Positions 1-8,447 of a stretch of DNA of 64,000 nucleotides are shown here, in pieces. The stretch is from Treponemataceae bacterium (lineage in GTDB: Bacteria; Spirochaetota; Spirochaetia; Treponematales; Rectinemataceae). A model generated the notes under the pieces. It was not told the DNA's origin and searched no databases. It saw only the letters and a list, made by a program, of their open reading frames with translations. The stretch is from assembly GCA_963677895.2 (NCBI GenBank), contig CAXXGJ010000006.1, forward strand, positions 1 through 64,000. The letters run 5' to 3'. Within the stretch, counting starts at the first letter, position 1. Each line of letters opens with the position of its first letter. A program made the translations under genes and the position numbers.

Positions 1-11
1 TCCATAGTCCT

Positions 12-1793
12 ATGGGTACATTCGAATATCTAAAATTGACAATTCAAAACCGTGCAGTAGTCTTTAGCAAGAGATTTTTTCTTGCTTTTCTTATCGCTGT
101 AATGCTTTTTCTTACTACCGGCGCACTGTCTTGGCTTGGAGTACCAACACAATTTCCCTGGTGGATGAAAGCTACATTACTCTGCATTCTCCTAATATTT
201 CTTCTTCGCGCTCTTATCGTATTCCCGTGGGAAAAGAAAAAGATCAAGCAAATTGAAAAGTACCTCGATAACTGCGAATATTCTCTGGCAGATAAGTCGC
301 TAAAACAGCCACACATTTTCTATGGAATGCCAGCAAAGATAAAATTGATAAAACTGAAAATTCGTCGCTCAATTCAAAAGGAAGATATTTTCAACGAGTA
401 CATGGAAGTCCACGAGCTAAAAAGGCTGGCACTTTTGCAGAGTGAAAAAAGAAATGCAACCCTACGTGAAGCCACGGTTCTCTATCGCGCTGGCGATTAT
501 CGGGATTTCAAGACTGTTCTTTCGGGAATAACAAAAGAGACGCTAGCCACTCCGGATGAAAAATGGCTCTACGCACAACTCTTAGGATTCCAATTCGCGC
601 AAGAGGGAAATTATGCAGCGGCAAAGTCCGTCCTTGAGAACGCGATTGCCGAATCTTTACACGAATCACAGGAAAAACAGCTCGTCCCGTATCTCAATCT
701 AGCAGTTTTTGAAACATTAAGCGGAAACTTCAATGAGGCGGAATCATCATTCCTCAAGGCGATGGATATTCTTCGCGAACATCCGCAGCCGTACCTTTTT
801 GAGGACGTATTCCATAACCTAATCCAAGCAAAAATAAAAAATGGAAAAATAGGTGAGGCAGTAGCTCTCCTTAATGAATACCGAACATGTGTCGATAGGA
901 ACAATCCTTATCAGTTGATGGGACTCTCGAATGAATGGCTCATGTTGGCAAGACAAACGGAAATCCTCAACTTCCTCTATTTATCGTATGCAATTATGGA
1001 TGCGGAGATAAAGCCACGATTAAGCAATGAGGAATGGCTTGCGGAGTTTGTCTCGGAAATTCACTCTATGACGAACGATCCAGTGGATAACTCGATCAAT
1101 TTCTACAAAGCAGATCTGCTATTCACAGAACTCATAGAAATGGGTTTCCCGAAGAACTTTTACGCTCTAAAAGAGCTGTATTTTTCACTCTCTTCTCTTC
1201 CTCTCGACCGACTCAAGGAGTTCGACATCCTCTTGAACAAGACGATTACGGCCCTCTTGGATCTTCGTTCACGCGTGGAAGAGTATTTGAAAGACATACC
1301 GCGACAACTACTCGATATCAGATTCTCTTGGCTCAGTGATCTCTCATTTTTACATAAAATTGTTCCTATGCATCCAGAGGATTACAATAGAAGTTTCTTT
1401 GAAACACTGTTCATAAACCTCGACGAACTGGCAAGACAGGCAAAAGACAAGGAAAATCCAACTCTTCAGATCCGCGCATTAATCTTAATATGCGATGACT
1501 ATGTTAATTACTCACTCAGCCTCAACGAGGATTTTAGATCACAATTCAAGGCGAGGGCGCATGAGGCTTTGAATCAAGCCAGCCTCCTAACCGAACAACG
1601 GATCGCCGATCCTGCGGTCGAAGAGTTCCTCATTGGCCTCGCATGGTTTGAGCTACATATTAATGGAGACAAAGTGAATGCGGCGCATTGGATCGGTATG
1701 TTCGAAAAGCGCGGCACAAATATACATCACTATGCGCTCTGGATGCAGAAGTATTACTCCGAGGTTAAGCAAGCACTACCAAGCATAGCATGA
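12..1793 (+). CDS. Membrane-anchored TPR-like helical repeat protein, function unknown
   Basis: 593-aa ORF; two N-terminal hydrophobic helices, then TPR-like segments (YLNLAVFETLSGNFNEAESSFLKAMDI); lower GC than the backbone. Confidence 0.65.
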   Translation: MGTFEYLKLTIQNRAVVFSKRFFLAFLIAVMLFLTTGALSWLGVPTQFPWWMKATLLCILLIFLLRALIVFPWEKKKIKQIEKYLDNCEYSLADKSLKQPHIFYGMPAKIKLIKLKIRRSIQKEDIFNEYMEVHELKRLALLQSEKRNATLREATVLYRAGDYRDFKTVLSGITKETLATPDEKWLYAQLLGFQFAQEGNYAAAKSVLENAIAESLHESQEKQLVPYLNLAVFETLSGNFNEAESSFLKAMDILREHPQPYLFEDVFHNLIQAKIKNGKIGEAVALLNEYRTCVDRNNPYQLMGLSNEWLMLARQTEILNFLYLSYAIMDAEIKPRLSNEEWLAEFVSEIHSMTNDPVDNSINFYKADLLFTELIEMGFPKNFYALKELYFSLSSLPLDRLKEFDILLNKTITALLDLRSRVEEYLKDIPRQLLDIRFSWLSDLSFLHKIVPMHPEDYNRSFFETLFINLDELARQAKDKENPTLQIRALILICDDYVNYSLSLNEDFRSQFKARAHEALNQASLLTEQRIADPAVEEFLIGLAWFELHINGDKVNAAHWIGMFEKRGTNIHHYALWMQKYYSEVKQALPSIA

Positions 1794-1839
1794 CCATATC
1801 TCTCACTGTGCTCATTGGATGAAAAACAGGAAATTCCTC

Positions 1840-1868
1840 TTGACAATACAACATATATATTGTATTCA
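1840..1868 (+). promoter_or_regulatory. hicAB promoter with overlapping palindromic operator
   Basis: TTGACA at 1840-1845; inverted repeat AATACAA-N8-TTGTATT at 1845-1866; weak -10 (TATTCA 1863-1868); ATG at 1875 with no SD. Confidence 0.65.
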
Positions 1869-1874
1869 TTTCTT

Positions 1875-2057
1875 ATGACGGGGAAACAAGTCCTCGATCT
1901 ACTCAAGGCACACGGATGGTCGCTCGACAGAATAGCCGGCTCCCACCATATCATGGTGAAAGAAGGCTTTCCGACCATCTCAGTCCCGGTGCATGGATCA
2001 AAAGATTTGAAACCAGGCACCCTTCACGCCATCCTGAAGGCTGGCGGCATAAAGTAG
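1875..2057 (+). CDS. hicA: HicA family mRNA interferase toxin (type II TA)
   Basis: 60 aa from ATG 1875: GW..RIAGSH..., VPVHGSKDLKPGTL..ILK.AG are HicA hallmarks; the track's TTG start at 1815 would run through the promoter. Confidence 0.92.
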   Translation: MTGKQVLDLLKAHGWSLDRIAGSHHIMVKEGFPTISVPVHGSKDLKPGTLHAILKAGGIK

Positions 2058-2067
2058 GAAGAAACAA

Positions 2068-2487
2068 ATGGTATATTACTGCAATCTAATGCCCGATCCT
2101 GATTCCGGAGGATTCGTCGTCACCTTTCCCGACATTCCCGGCGTCGTCACCGAAGGCGACACAAAGGATGAGGCTTTATTCAACGCATGGGAAGCGCTCA
2201 ACGGCGTGCTCGAATCGATAGTGAGCCGTGGGATGCCTCTTCCCGAAGGGAAAGCAGACAGAGATGAAGGCCTCCTTCCCATCAATGTGGAACCACACAT
2301 CGTCACCGCATGGGAACTCAGAAAGCTTCGCGGGAGTCTTCCTCAATCGGAGATCGCGAAACGCCTTGGCCTCACCTATCAGGCATATCAACGCCTGGAA
2401 AACCCGATAAAAGGAAATCCGACGATAAAGACACTCGAGAAGGTAGCCAAGGTTTTTGGGAAACGCTTAGTCATCACAATGGTCTAA
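2068..2487 (+). CDS. hicB: HicB family antitoxin with C-terminal Xre HTH
   Basis: GGFVVTFPDIPGVVTEGDTKDEALFNA HicB motif; C-terminal QSEIAKRLGLTYQAYQRLEN HTH; directly downstream of hicA. Confidence 0.92.
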   Translation: MVYYCNLMPDPDSGGFVVTFPDIPGVVTEGDTKDEALFNAWEALNGVLESIVSRGMPLPEGKADRDEGLLPINVEPHIVTAWELRKLRGSLPQSEIAKRLGLTYQAYQRLENPIKGNPTIKTLEKVAKVFGKRLVITMV

Positions 2488-2528
2488 GCCTCCAATTAAG
2501 AAGCGTCTCAAAGGTTTATATTGCGCCT

Positions 2529-3056
2529 CTAGATGGACCAGTCATCGCGAGGCGCCCCCTCGGTTCCTTCCATGGCCGCCGCGCTTTCCACCAGCGCATT
2601 GATCCGCGAAAAGACCTTGCAGGTATAACAATACCGCTCGCCGATCCCGGAAGCTTTCGCGGAAGCGCAGAGGCCGCCCGTGAAAAACCAGCAGAAGTGG
2701 CCCTCACCCGTCACGTAGGCGAGGCATTCCTTCCGCGACTCATCGGAACAGGACTTCGTCGACCAGCAGGGGCTTTCCTGGGCGAATGATTTTTCGTTCA
2801 GTTTGAAAAGAAGAAAGTAGAGCATTCTTTCGACGTTCGAAGGAACGTTGCGCCAGCCCTGCTCATAACTTTCCACCGCCTTGAGCGATATGCCGAGAAG
2901 GCGCGCCAGATCGCGTTGACTTTTGCCCAGAAGCAGCCTCGCCCTGGCGAATCCCGCCCTGTCCATGGGACGAAGCTCAGAAAGCGCGCCTTCGGTCAGG
3001 CCAGCGCCCATTTCAGAGCCAATGTAAGAACTCACGTTGTCGTCAGCGTTTCCCAT
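2529..3056 (-). CDS. Xre-type HTH regulator with C-terminal Cys-rich (two-CW-like) domain
   Basis: SQRDLARLLGISLKAVESYEQG HTH, then CW-x3-C-x7-C...CW-x6-C...CxxC; SD GGAGGG 8 nt upstream of ATG 3056. Confidence 0.75.
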   Translation of the reverse strand: MGNADDNVSSYIGSEMGAGLTEGALSELRPMDRAGFARARLLLGKSQRDLARLLGISLKAVESYEQGWRNVPSNVERMLYFLLFKLNEKSFAQESPCWSTKSCSDESRKECLAYVTGEGHFCWFFTGGLCASAKASGIGERYCYTCKVFSRINALVESAAAMEGTEGAPRDDWSI

Positions 3057-3077
3057 GATCGCAGCCCTCCACGGCAC

Positions 3078-3108
3078 TACCACTCAGTGGTATTACCACT
3101 ACGTGGTA
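3078..3108. promoter_or_regulatory. Two tandem palindromic operators TACCAC-N3-GTGGTA
   Basis: TACCACTCAGTGGTA (3078-3092) and TACCACTACGTGGTA (3094-3108), directly upstream of the HTH/Cys-rich gene. Confidence 0.7.
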
Positions 3109-3171
3109 GAGCCATTCTCACACCGATTGGAGGGCTTGATCAAGAGCGCGGCGACAAGGACGAAGGCCCGC

Positions 3172-3975
3172 TCAGAAAGCCGGAACCACCCCGCCGCCAT
3201 AGGTCTTGAGAATGAAATCCTTCACTTTCTGCGAAGTGAGCGCCTTCGCCAGCGCCACGATGCGCGGATCCTTCGTCTCGCCCTTCCTCACCGCGAGAAT
3301 GTTGGCGTAAGGGGAATCCCCGCCCTCGAGCAGGAGCGAATCCTTCACCGGGTTGAAGCCCGCCTGTAGCGCGTAGTTGCCGTTGATGACGGCTCCCGCC
3401 ACGTCCAGGAGCGTGCGCGGAAGCTGCGGCGCCTCGATCTCCTTGAACTGGAACTTCTTGGGATTCTCGGCGATATCCCTCGTCGTCGCCTCAAGACCGG
3501 CATTGGCCCTGAGCTTGATCAGTCCCTTGGACTGCAGGAATATCAGCGCCCTCCCCTCGTTGGTCGGATCGTTGGGAATCGCTATCGTCGCGCCCGCCGG
3601 AAAGTCGGAAACCTTCCTGTACTTCTTGGAATAGAGCCCGAGCGGTTCGACGTGGACGGCCACGGCGCTTTCAAGGTCGAGCTTGCGCGCCGACGCGAAG
3701 GACTCGAGGTAGGGAAGATGCTGGAAGAAGTTGGCGTCCAGCTGCTTCTCCGCGAGGGCGATGTTCGGCGTGACATAGTCGGAGAATTCGACGATTTCGA
3801 GCCTGATGCCCTGGGCGGCAAGATCGGCCTTGATCACGTTGAGAATCTCGGCATGGGGAACGGCGGTCGCCCCGACCTTGAGGCTGGTCTGGGCAGCGCC
3901 TTGGGCCGTGCCCTGCGCGATCGCCGCGAGGGCGATGACACCGGCAATGAGTATCCTGAAAAATTTGCGGTTCAT
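3172..3975 (-). CDS. metQ: MetQ/NlpA family ABC substrate-binding protein
   Basis: LKVGATAVPHAEIL, FSDYVTPN, DANFFQHLPYL, IPNDPTNEGRAL, SPYANIL motifs; signal peptide. Confidence 0.92.
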   Translation of the reverse strand: MNRKFFRILIAGVIALAAIAQGTAQGAAQTSLKVGATAVPHAEILNVIKADLAAQGIRLEIVEFSDYVTPNIALAEKQLDANFFQHLPYLESFASARKLDLESAVAVHVEPLGLYSKKYRKVSDFPAGATIAIPNDPTNEGRALIFLQSKGLIKLRANAGLEATTRDIAENPKKFQFKEIEAPQLPRTLLDVAGAVINGNYALQAGFNPVKDSLLLEGGDSPYANILAVRKGETKDPRIVALAKALTSQKVKDFILKTYGGGVVPAF

Positions 3976-4060
3976 GTGAACCTCCTGGGGTGAGTTATCG
4001 ATGCCTCAAGGCATCGCGTGGAGACTGGGGTGAGGATATGGTCTTTCTGGAGAGGATGGT

Positions 4061-4156
4061 TTAGATGAGGGAGATTGCGCGCGCCCTGCGCCTGGCGGAT
4101 TGCGGCCCGAGATGGCCGCTCCGCATGAAACATACGAACAGTTGCTGCGCTTTCAT
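4061..4156 (-). CDS. Putative 31-aa leader peptide (uORF) upstream of metQ
   Basis: Manual translation MKAQQLFVCFMRSGHLGPQSARRRARAISLI*; lies between a TTGACA-N18-CATTCT promoter (4203-4174) and metQ. Confidence 0.4.
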   Translation of the reverse strand: MKAQQLFVCFMRSGHLGPQSARRRARAISLI

Positions 4157-4391
4157 GGTTTCTCTTGCCGGCTAGAATGCCGTATCGGCCAGGTTTCTGT
4201 CAATCGGCATTCTACACAAAGAAACAAATACCTATCTAAAATTCAGATCAGCGGAGTTTTTTTACCCTAATGTCATATTATTTTAATAATATACAAAAAA
4301 AGTACATTTTAGGGCTTGCCAATTTTCTATCGCTATATTAACATTCCTATATCTTTTGAATTGTTTCATTAAAAAAGTTGTGGAGGCGTTT

Positions 4392-6194
4392 ATGAAAAAA
4401 GTTATGTTCAAGACCTACAGCTATGCTCTGTTGGTCACCACCCTGGCAGTCTTCCTGTTTTCCTGCGCAAACCCCGTTCAGTTCGACGCAACCTCGGAAG
4501 CAAACACTAAGTCTCTTTACGCGCCTACGTTGATTTCCGATCCCAACAACAAAGACGTTCTCAACATGAAAAACGGGACGACGATCGATTCGGCCAAGCT
4601 CGACCGGCAACCTTCGGTGAACGATACGCTCGGACCGGTTACTTTCACGAAAATCTACTACAAAGGCACCGAAGCGATCGGATTCGATTTTGTCTCGACA
4701 AAGCCAGTCCTCGCCGTATACGTTAAGGCATCCACTGGCGGCAATCTCTATAGCTACCCCGCCCCGGGCGTCTTCGGCGACACCGAGCTGTACACCCAGG
4801 TCAATCCCACCAATCATCTGAACTATGGCATCAGCCATGTGGATTTCGCCTGGGCTACCACCGGCACTCCCTCAACAACCACCACGACCGTGGCTGTTCC
4901 CGTTGATCCCACCCTCTACTCCATCTCCGGTTTCGTCTTCCACGATCTCAACAACAATGGCGTAAAGGATAGCGGCGAAGCCGGAATCGATGGCGTGCCC
5001 CTCAGCCTTGGCAACAACGTGAACGCGACATCCGACTCGAACGGCGCTTATTCCTTCGCGAACCTCGCGGCCGGCAGCTACACCGTGACTTCGATGGGAA
5101 AAGACAACTTCTGGGCCACCCCCTATGACGCTCCCGTCACCGCCAAAGCAGTGACCCTGCCCGAATCGGCGACCGGCGTCAATTTTGGCCTCTCGTACGA
5201 GAGCGTCTCGGGATTCACGTTCAAGGACAGCAATGCCGACGGCATCCTGAACAGCGGCGAAGCGGGCATCGGGGGCGTAGCCCTCACCCTCGGCGGCGCG
5301 GCTTCCGGCAACGTCACTTCGGGTTCCGACGGTTCCTACCTCTTCAATTACCTCAAAGGCGGCAGCGCCCTCTACACGGTGTCCGCGAGCGATGTGGGCG
5401 GTGAATTCCATACGCCCTATCTCGCTCCCAAAACATCCTGGACCGGCAACGCGAGCATGAGCGGCGTCAACTTCGGGTATTCCCATGAGAAGATCGCCGG
5501 AGTCGTTTTCTACGACGCGAACCGCAACGATGCCTATGATTCGGGCGAGCCCCTCCTGAACGGCTTCACCGTTCGCCTGGGCAACGACAAGGTAACCACC
5601 ACGGTGGACGGCGCCTACGCGTTCGACAACCTCATCGGCGCGACTTCCTACACCGTTTCAGCCGACGACAGGACCGGATTCGTCCACAGCGTCGCGGCCT
5701 CCAGGACGGTGACCCCCGCCAACAGCGTTCCCGCCGTCGCCAACTTCGGCTTCGCGGTCGACTACAACTGGATCGTCGGGAAGACGGCCAATGGCTTCAC
5801 CATCGGTTACTGGAAAACCAACCTCGACAAGGCTATCGCCAACAAGACGGCCGGCACCCAGGTGAGCAAGGCGAACCTGCTCGCGTACGTGAACCAGCTC
5901 TCGACCTTCGCCCTGTACCCCCTCAACGTCTCGTCGATGCAAGAGGCTTCCAATTACCTGAGCGCTACCGGTTCGGCACCCACCCTCCTGCTTTCCAAGC
6001 AGCTCATGGGCTCCGAATTCAACTACGCCTCGGGCGCCTACATCGGCGGCAACGCCCTCGCCACCGAATTCTTCCTCTACGACGGCGAGTACATGCTGGC
6101 GAACTCGGGCTCTTTCACTTCCGCCCAGCTCCTGGCACAGAAAGACAAGTATGACGCGTACAACAACAGCCACGGAGGCGCGGTGCTCTTCTAG
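4392..6194 (+). CDS. Secreted lipoprotein with three SdrD-B/Cna-B-like repeats
   Basis: GGAGG SD before ATG 4392; lipobox VFLFS-C; three xSGxVFxDxNxxGxxDxGE repeats; Thr-rich linker; C-terminal GFTIGYWK domain. Confidence 0.8.
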   Translation: MKKVMFKTYSYALLVTTLAVFLFSCANPVQFDATSEANTKSLYAPTLISDPNNKDVLNMKNGTTIDSAKLDRQPSVNDTLGPVTFTKIYYKGTEAIGFDFVSTKPVLAVYVKASTGGNLYSYPAPGVFGDTELYTQVNPTNHLNYGISHVDFAWATTGTPSTTTTTVAVPVDPTLYSISGFVFHDLNNNGVKDSGEAGIDGVPLSLGNNVNATSDSNGAYSFANLAAGSYTVTSMGKDNFWATPYDAPVTAKAVTLPESATGVNFGLSYESVSGFTFKDSNADGILNSGEAGIGGVALTLGGAASGNVTSGSDGSYLFNYLKGGSALYTVSASDVGGEFHTPYLAPKTSWTGNASMSGVNFGYSHEKIAGVVFYDANRNDAYDSGEPLLNGFTVRLGNDKVTTTVDGAYAFDNLIGATSYTVSADDRTGFVHSVAASRTVTPANSVPAVANFGFAVDYNWIVGKTANGFTIGYWKTNLDKAIANKTAGTQVSKANLLAYVNQLSTFALYPLNVSSMQEASNYLSATGSAPTLLLSKQLMGSEFNYASGAYIGGNALATEFFLYDGEYMLANSGSFTSAQLLAQKDKYDAYNNSHGGAVLF

Positions 6195-6248
6195 AATTAC
6201 ACAGGGCGGAATCGGGGATTGCGCCCCCGGTTCCGCCGCGGGAAGACG

Positions 6249-6285
6249 AAAGGGGCTGGCCGGAATTCCGGCCAGCCCCTTTTTT
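6249..6285. terminator. Bidirectional intrinsic terminator
   Basis: Perfect 34-bp palindrome AAAGGGGCTGGCCGGAATTCCGGCCAGCCCCTTT with T tail, between convergent genes. Confidence 0.85.
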
Positions 6286-6338
6286 ATGAAAACCCGGCAC
6301 TACTACCGCCGGCAAGCTTACATAACCGAAATAGACTT

Positions 6339-8300
6339 TTATTTCTTCTCGGCGGCGCTCGCGCCCGCTATCCTTCCGAAAACCATGATGTCGGCGATGG
6401 CGTTACCGCCCAGGCGGTTGCCCGCGTGGATGCCACCGGTCACCTCGCCGGCGGCGAAGAGACCGGGAATGGCCTTTCCGGCCGCGTTGAGGACGCGCGC
6501 CTGCGTGTCGATCGCCAGACCGCCCATCGTGTGGTGGACCGAGGGCGAGCGCGGCGTGGCGTAGAAGGGACCCTGCGTGAGTTTGGGCCCGAAGTTGCGC
6601 TTGCCGAAATCGGGATCGGCGCCCTTTTCGATGTAGCTGTTATACTTCTCGATCTCGGAGCTGAGGGCGCCGGGGGCCATGCCAAGCTGAGTCTCGAGAC
6701 CGGCGAGGGTGTCGGCCTTGTATACGTCATGGTTCTTGATCAGGGTGTCGATGTCGTCGCCCCAGCCATTCTTGCCGCCCGACTGCGGATTGCCCGCCGT
6801 GACCTGGTCGCAGATGATGTAGAAGAGGCCTTTGTCCTGCTTGAGCGCCCCAGCGGCGAGAACGTCGCGCTCGGCGTACTCGTTCACGAAGCGTTTGCCC
6901 TGGCTGTTGACGAAAACCTGGCTCTCGGCGCTGCCCCAGAGGCCGCCCGCGAGGGAGCCCGAAACGGGGTGCGAGGAGGGCATGAGCTGAATGAAGCCCA
7001 TGCCGACGAGGTTGGCGCCGGCCTTCTCGCCCATGACGATGCCGTCGCCGGTGGAGGTCGGCGCGTTGGTGGTGGGCATGGTGAGGGGCATAGCGGGCCA
7101 GTAAGTGTTGTACTTGGCGCGCATCTCGGGATTGGCGCCGAAGCCGCCGGTAGCCATGACGACGCCCTTGGAAGCCTTGAGCGTGACTTTCGTGCCGTCG
7201 ACCCTGGTCGCCTTCACGCCCACGACTGCGCCCTTCGCCATGATGAGCTCATCGGCCTTGGTTTCAAGCATGATCTCGACGCCCAGCTTTTTCGCGTTGT
7301 CGGCGAGGGTGCCGATAAAGCCGGTGCCCACAGGTTTCGCGCTGCCGTGGGTTCGGGGCCACAGGGCGCCGAGAACGGTGCTGATTTCTTTTTTAAAGGG
7401 AAGTCCGAGAGACTCGAGCCACTGCATGGCCTTGGGGGAGTTCGTCGTCAGCGTCCGCACGAGCTCCAGGTCGCCGTGGATGGCGTTGCCCTTGAGGTCG
7501 ACGCGCTTTCCGCCGAAATAGGTCTGCATCATGTGGAGCTCGACGGAGTCGAAGAGCTTGTCGGAACCCGAAGCGACATAGGCGCGGATCTGGTCCTTGA
7601 GGATCCTGAGGGTCGGACCGTACTCGCCCACCGAAGCCTCGTCGATGTCGAGGAAGGACTTGAGGTCGCCGAGAAGGGGCGCCGTCATCTTGACCGCATC
7701 CTGTCGCGAAGGATCCACGGCGTTGTAGGCGCCGCCGGCCCTGATCGTGTTCCCGCCCAGGGCGGGAGCCTTCTCGATAAGGATGACCTTGGCGCCCTTC
7801 TCCGCCGCGGAGACGGCGGCCGCGAGGCCGGCGCCGCCGCCGCCGATGATCACCACGTCCGTCGACTTCTCGACGGCGGCGCCGGCGGCCTTCTTCACCT
7901 CAGCCTGTTTGCCCATCAAAGCCTCGACCGAACCGCCCGCCTGCTTCACGCAGTCGGCGACGGCTTCGAGTATGGCCTCGCTCGTGAGCGTGACGCCTGA
8001 CACGACGTCGATGGCGAGGGACTGGCTCTTGACGATGGCCTCGGGCACCCGCGCGATCGCCGTATCGCTGATTCCCGGCGTCTCGCCGTGCTTCACGACC
8101 TCGACCTTCTTGATCGCGTCGGACGAGAAGGTAACCTTCACCGCCACGGGGCCGTTCTTACCGTTCGCCTCAGCCGTGTAGGTCCCCGCCTTGAAAGCGG
8201 CCGCCTTGGCCGTTTCGGGCTTAGTCGTGCAGGCGACGATAGACAGGACCGCCAACGCGCAGACGAGGGCGAGGGCGGCGCTCTTCATGAACTTCTTCAT
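6339..8300 (-). CDS. urdA: Lipoprotein flavocytochrome c-family reductase with FMN-binding domain (urocanate reductase-like)
   Basis: Lipobox IVA-C; FMN_bind domain with DVVSGVT flavinylation-type motif; GGGGAG FAD motif; HHTMGG and GNRLGGN; Met (IQLMP) in place of the fumarate-reductase His. Confidence 0.75.
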   Translation of the reverse strand: MKKFMKSAALALVCALAVLSIVACTTKPETAKAAAFKAGTYTAEANGKNGPVAVKVTFSSDAIKKVEVVKHGETPGISDTAIARVPEAIVKSQSLAIDVVSGVTLTSEAILEAVADCVKQAGGSVEALMGKQAEVKKAAGAAVEKSTDVVIIGGGGAGLAAAVSAAEKGAKVILIEKAPALGGNTIRAGGAYNAVDPSRQDAVKMTAPLLGDLKSFLDIDEASVGEYGPTLRILKDQIRAYVASGSDKLFDSVELHMMQTYFGGKRVDLKGNAIHGDLELVRTLTTNSPKAMQWLESLGLPFKKEISTVLGALWPRTHGSAKPVGTGFIGTLADNAKKLGVEIMLETKADELIMAKGAVVGVKATRVDGTKVTLKASKGVVMATGGFGANPEMRAKYNTYWPAMPLTMPTTNAPTSTGDGIVMGEKAGANLVGMGFIQLMPSSHPVSGSLAGGLWGSAESQVFVNSQGKRFVNEYAERDVLAAGALKQDKGLFYIICDQVTAGNPQSGGKNGWGDDIDTLIKNHDVYKADTLAGLETQLGMAPGALSSEIEKYNSYIEKGADPDFGKRNFGPKLTQGPFYATPRSPSVHHTMGGLAIDTQARVLNAAGKAIPGLFAAGEVTGGIHAGNRLGGNAIADIMVFGRIAGASAAEKK

Positions 8301-8405
8301 ACCAACTCCTTGTACGCGGGATCCGGCGACGCGACGACCCTTCCCGGACGCGTTGCCGCGCCAAAAGGCCGCTCTTTTCGATGCCCGGACCCGTACAAGT
8401 GTCGG

Positions 8406-8436
8406 AGGATAAAGCGTGGGGTAACCACGCAGTCAA
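8406..8436 (-). promoter_or_regulatory. MerR-type promoter (19-bp spacer) with dyad operator
   Basis: Minus strand TTGACT-N19-TATCCT; the spacer contains GCGTGG-N5-CCACGC. Confidence 0.85.
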
Positions 8437-8447
8437 GCGATAAAATA

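Noticed and set aside
3976..4170. SAM riboswitch or T-box upstream of metQ
   Set aside because: Consensus elements not recognised by eye; an Rfam search is needed to exclude them formally
6219..8000. 593-aa plus-strand ORF and many other long antisense ORFs (e.g. 23676-24854, 25417-26994, 38240-39664, 47954-49300)
   Set aside because: Shadows of well-supported genes on the opposite strand; expected in GC-rich DNA; no recognisable motifs
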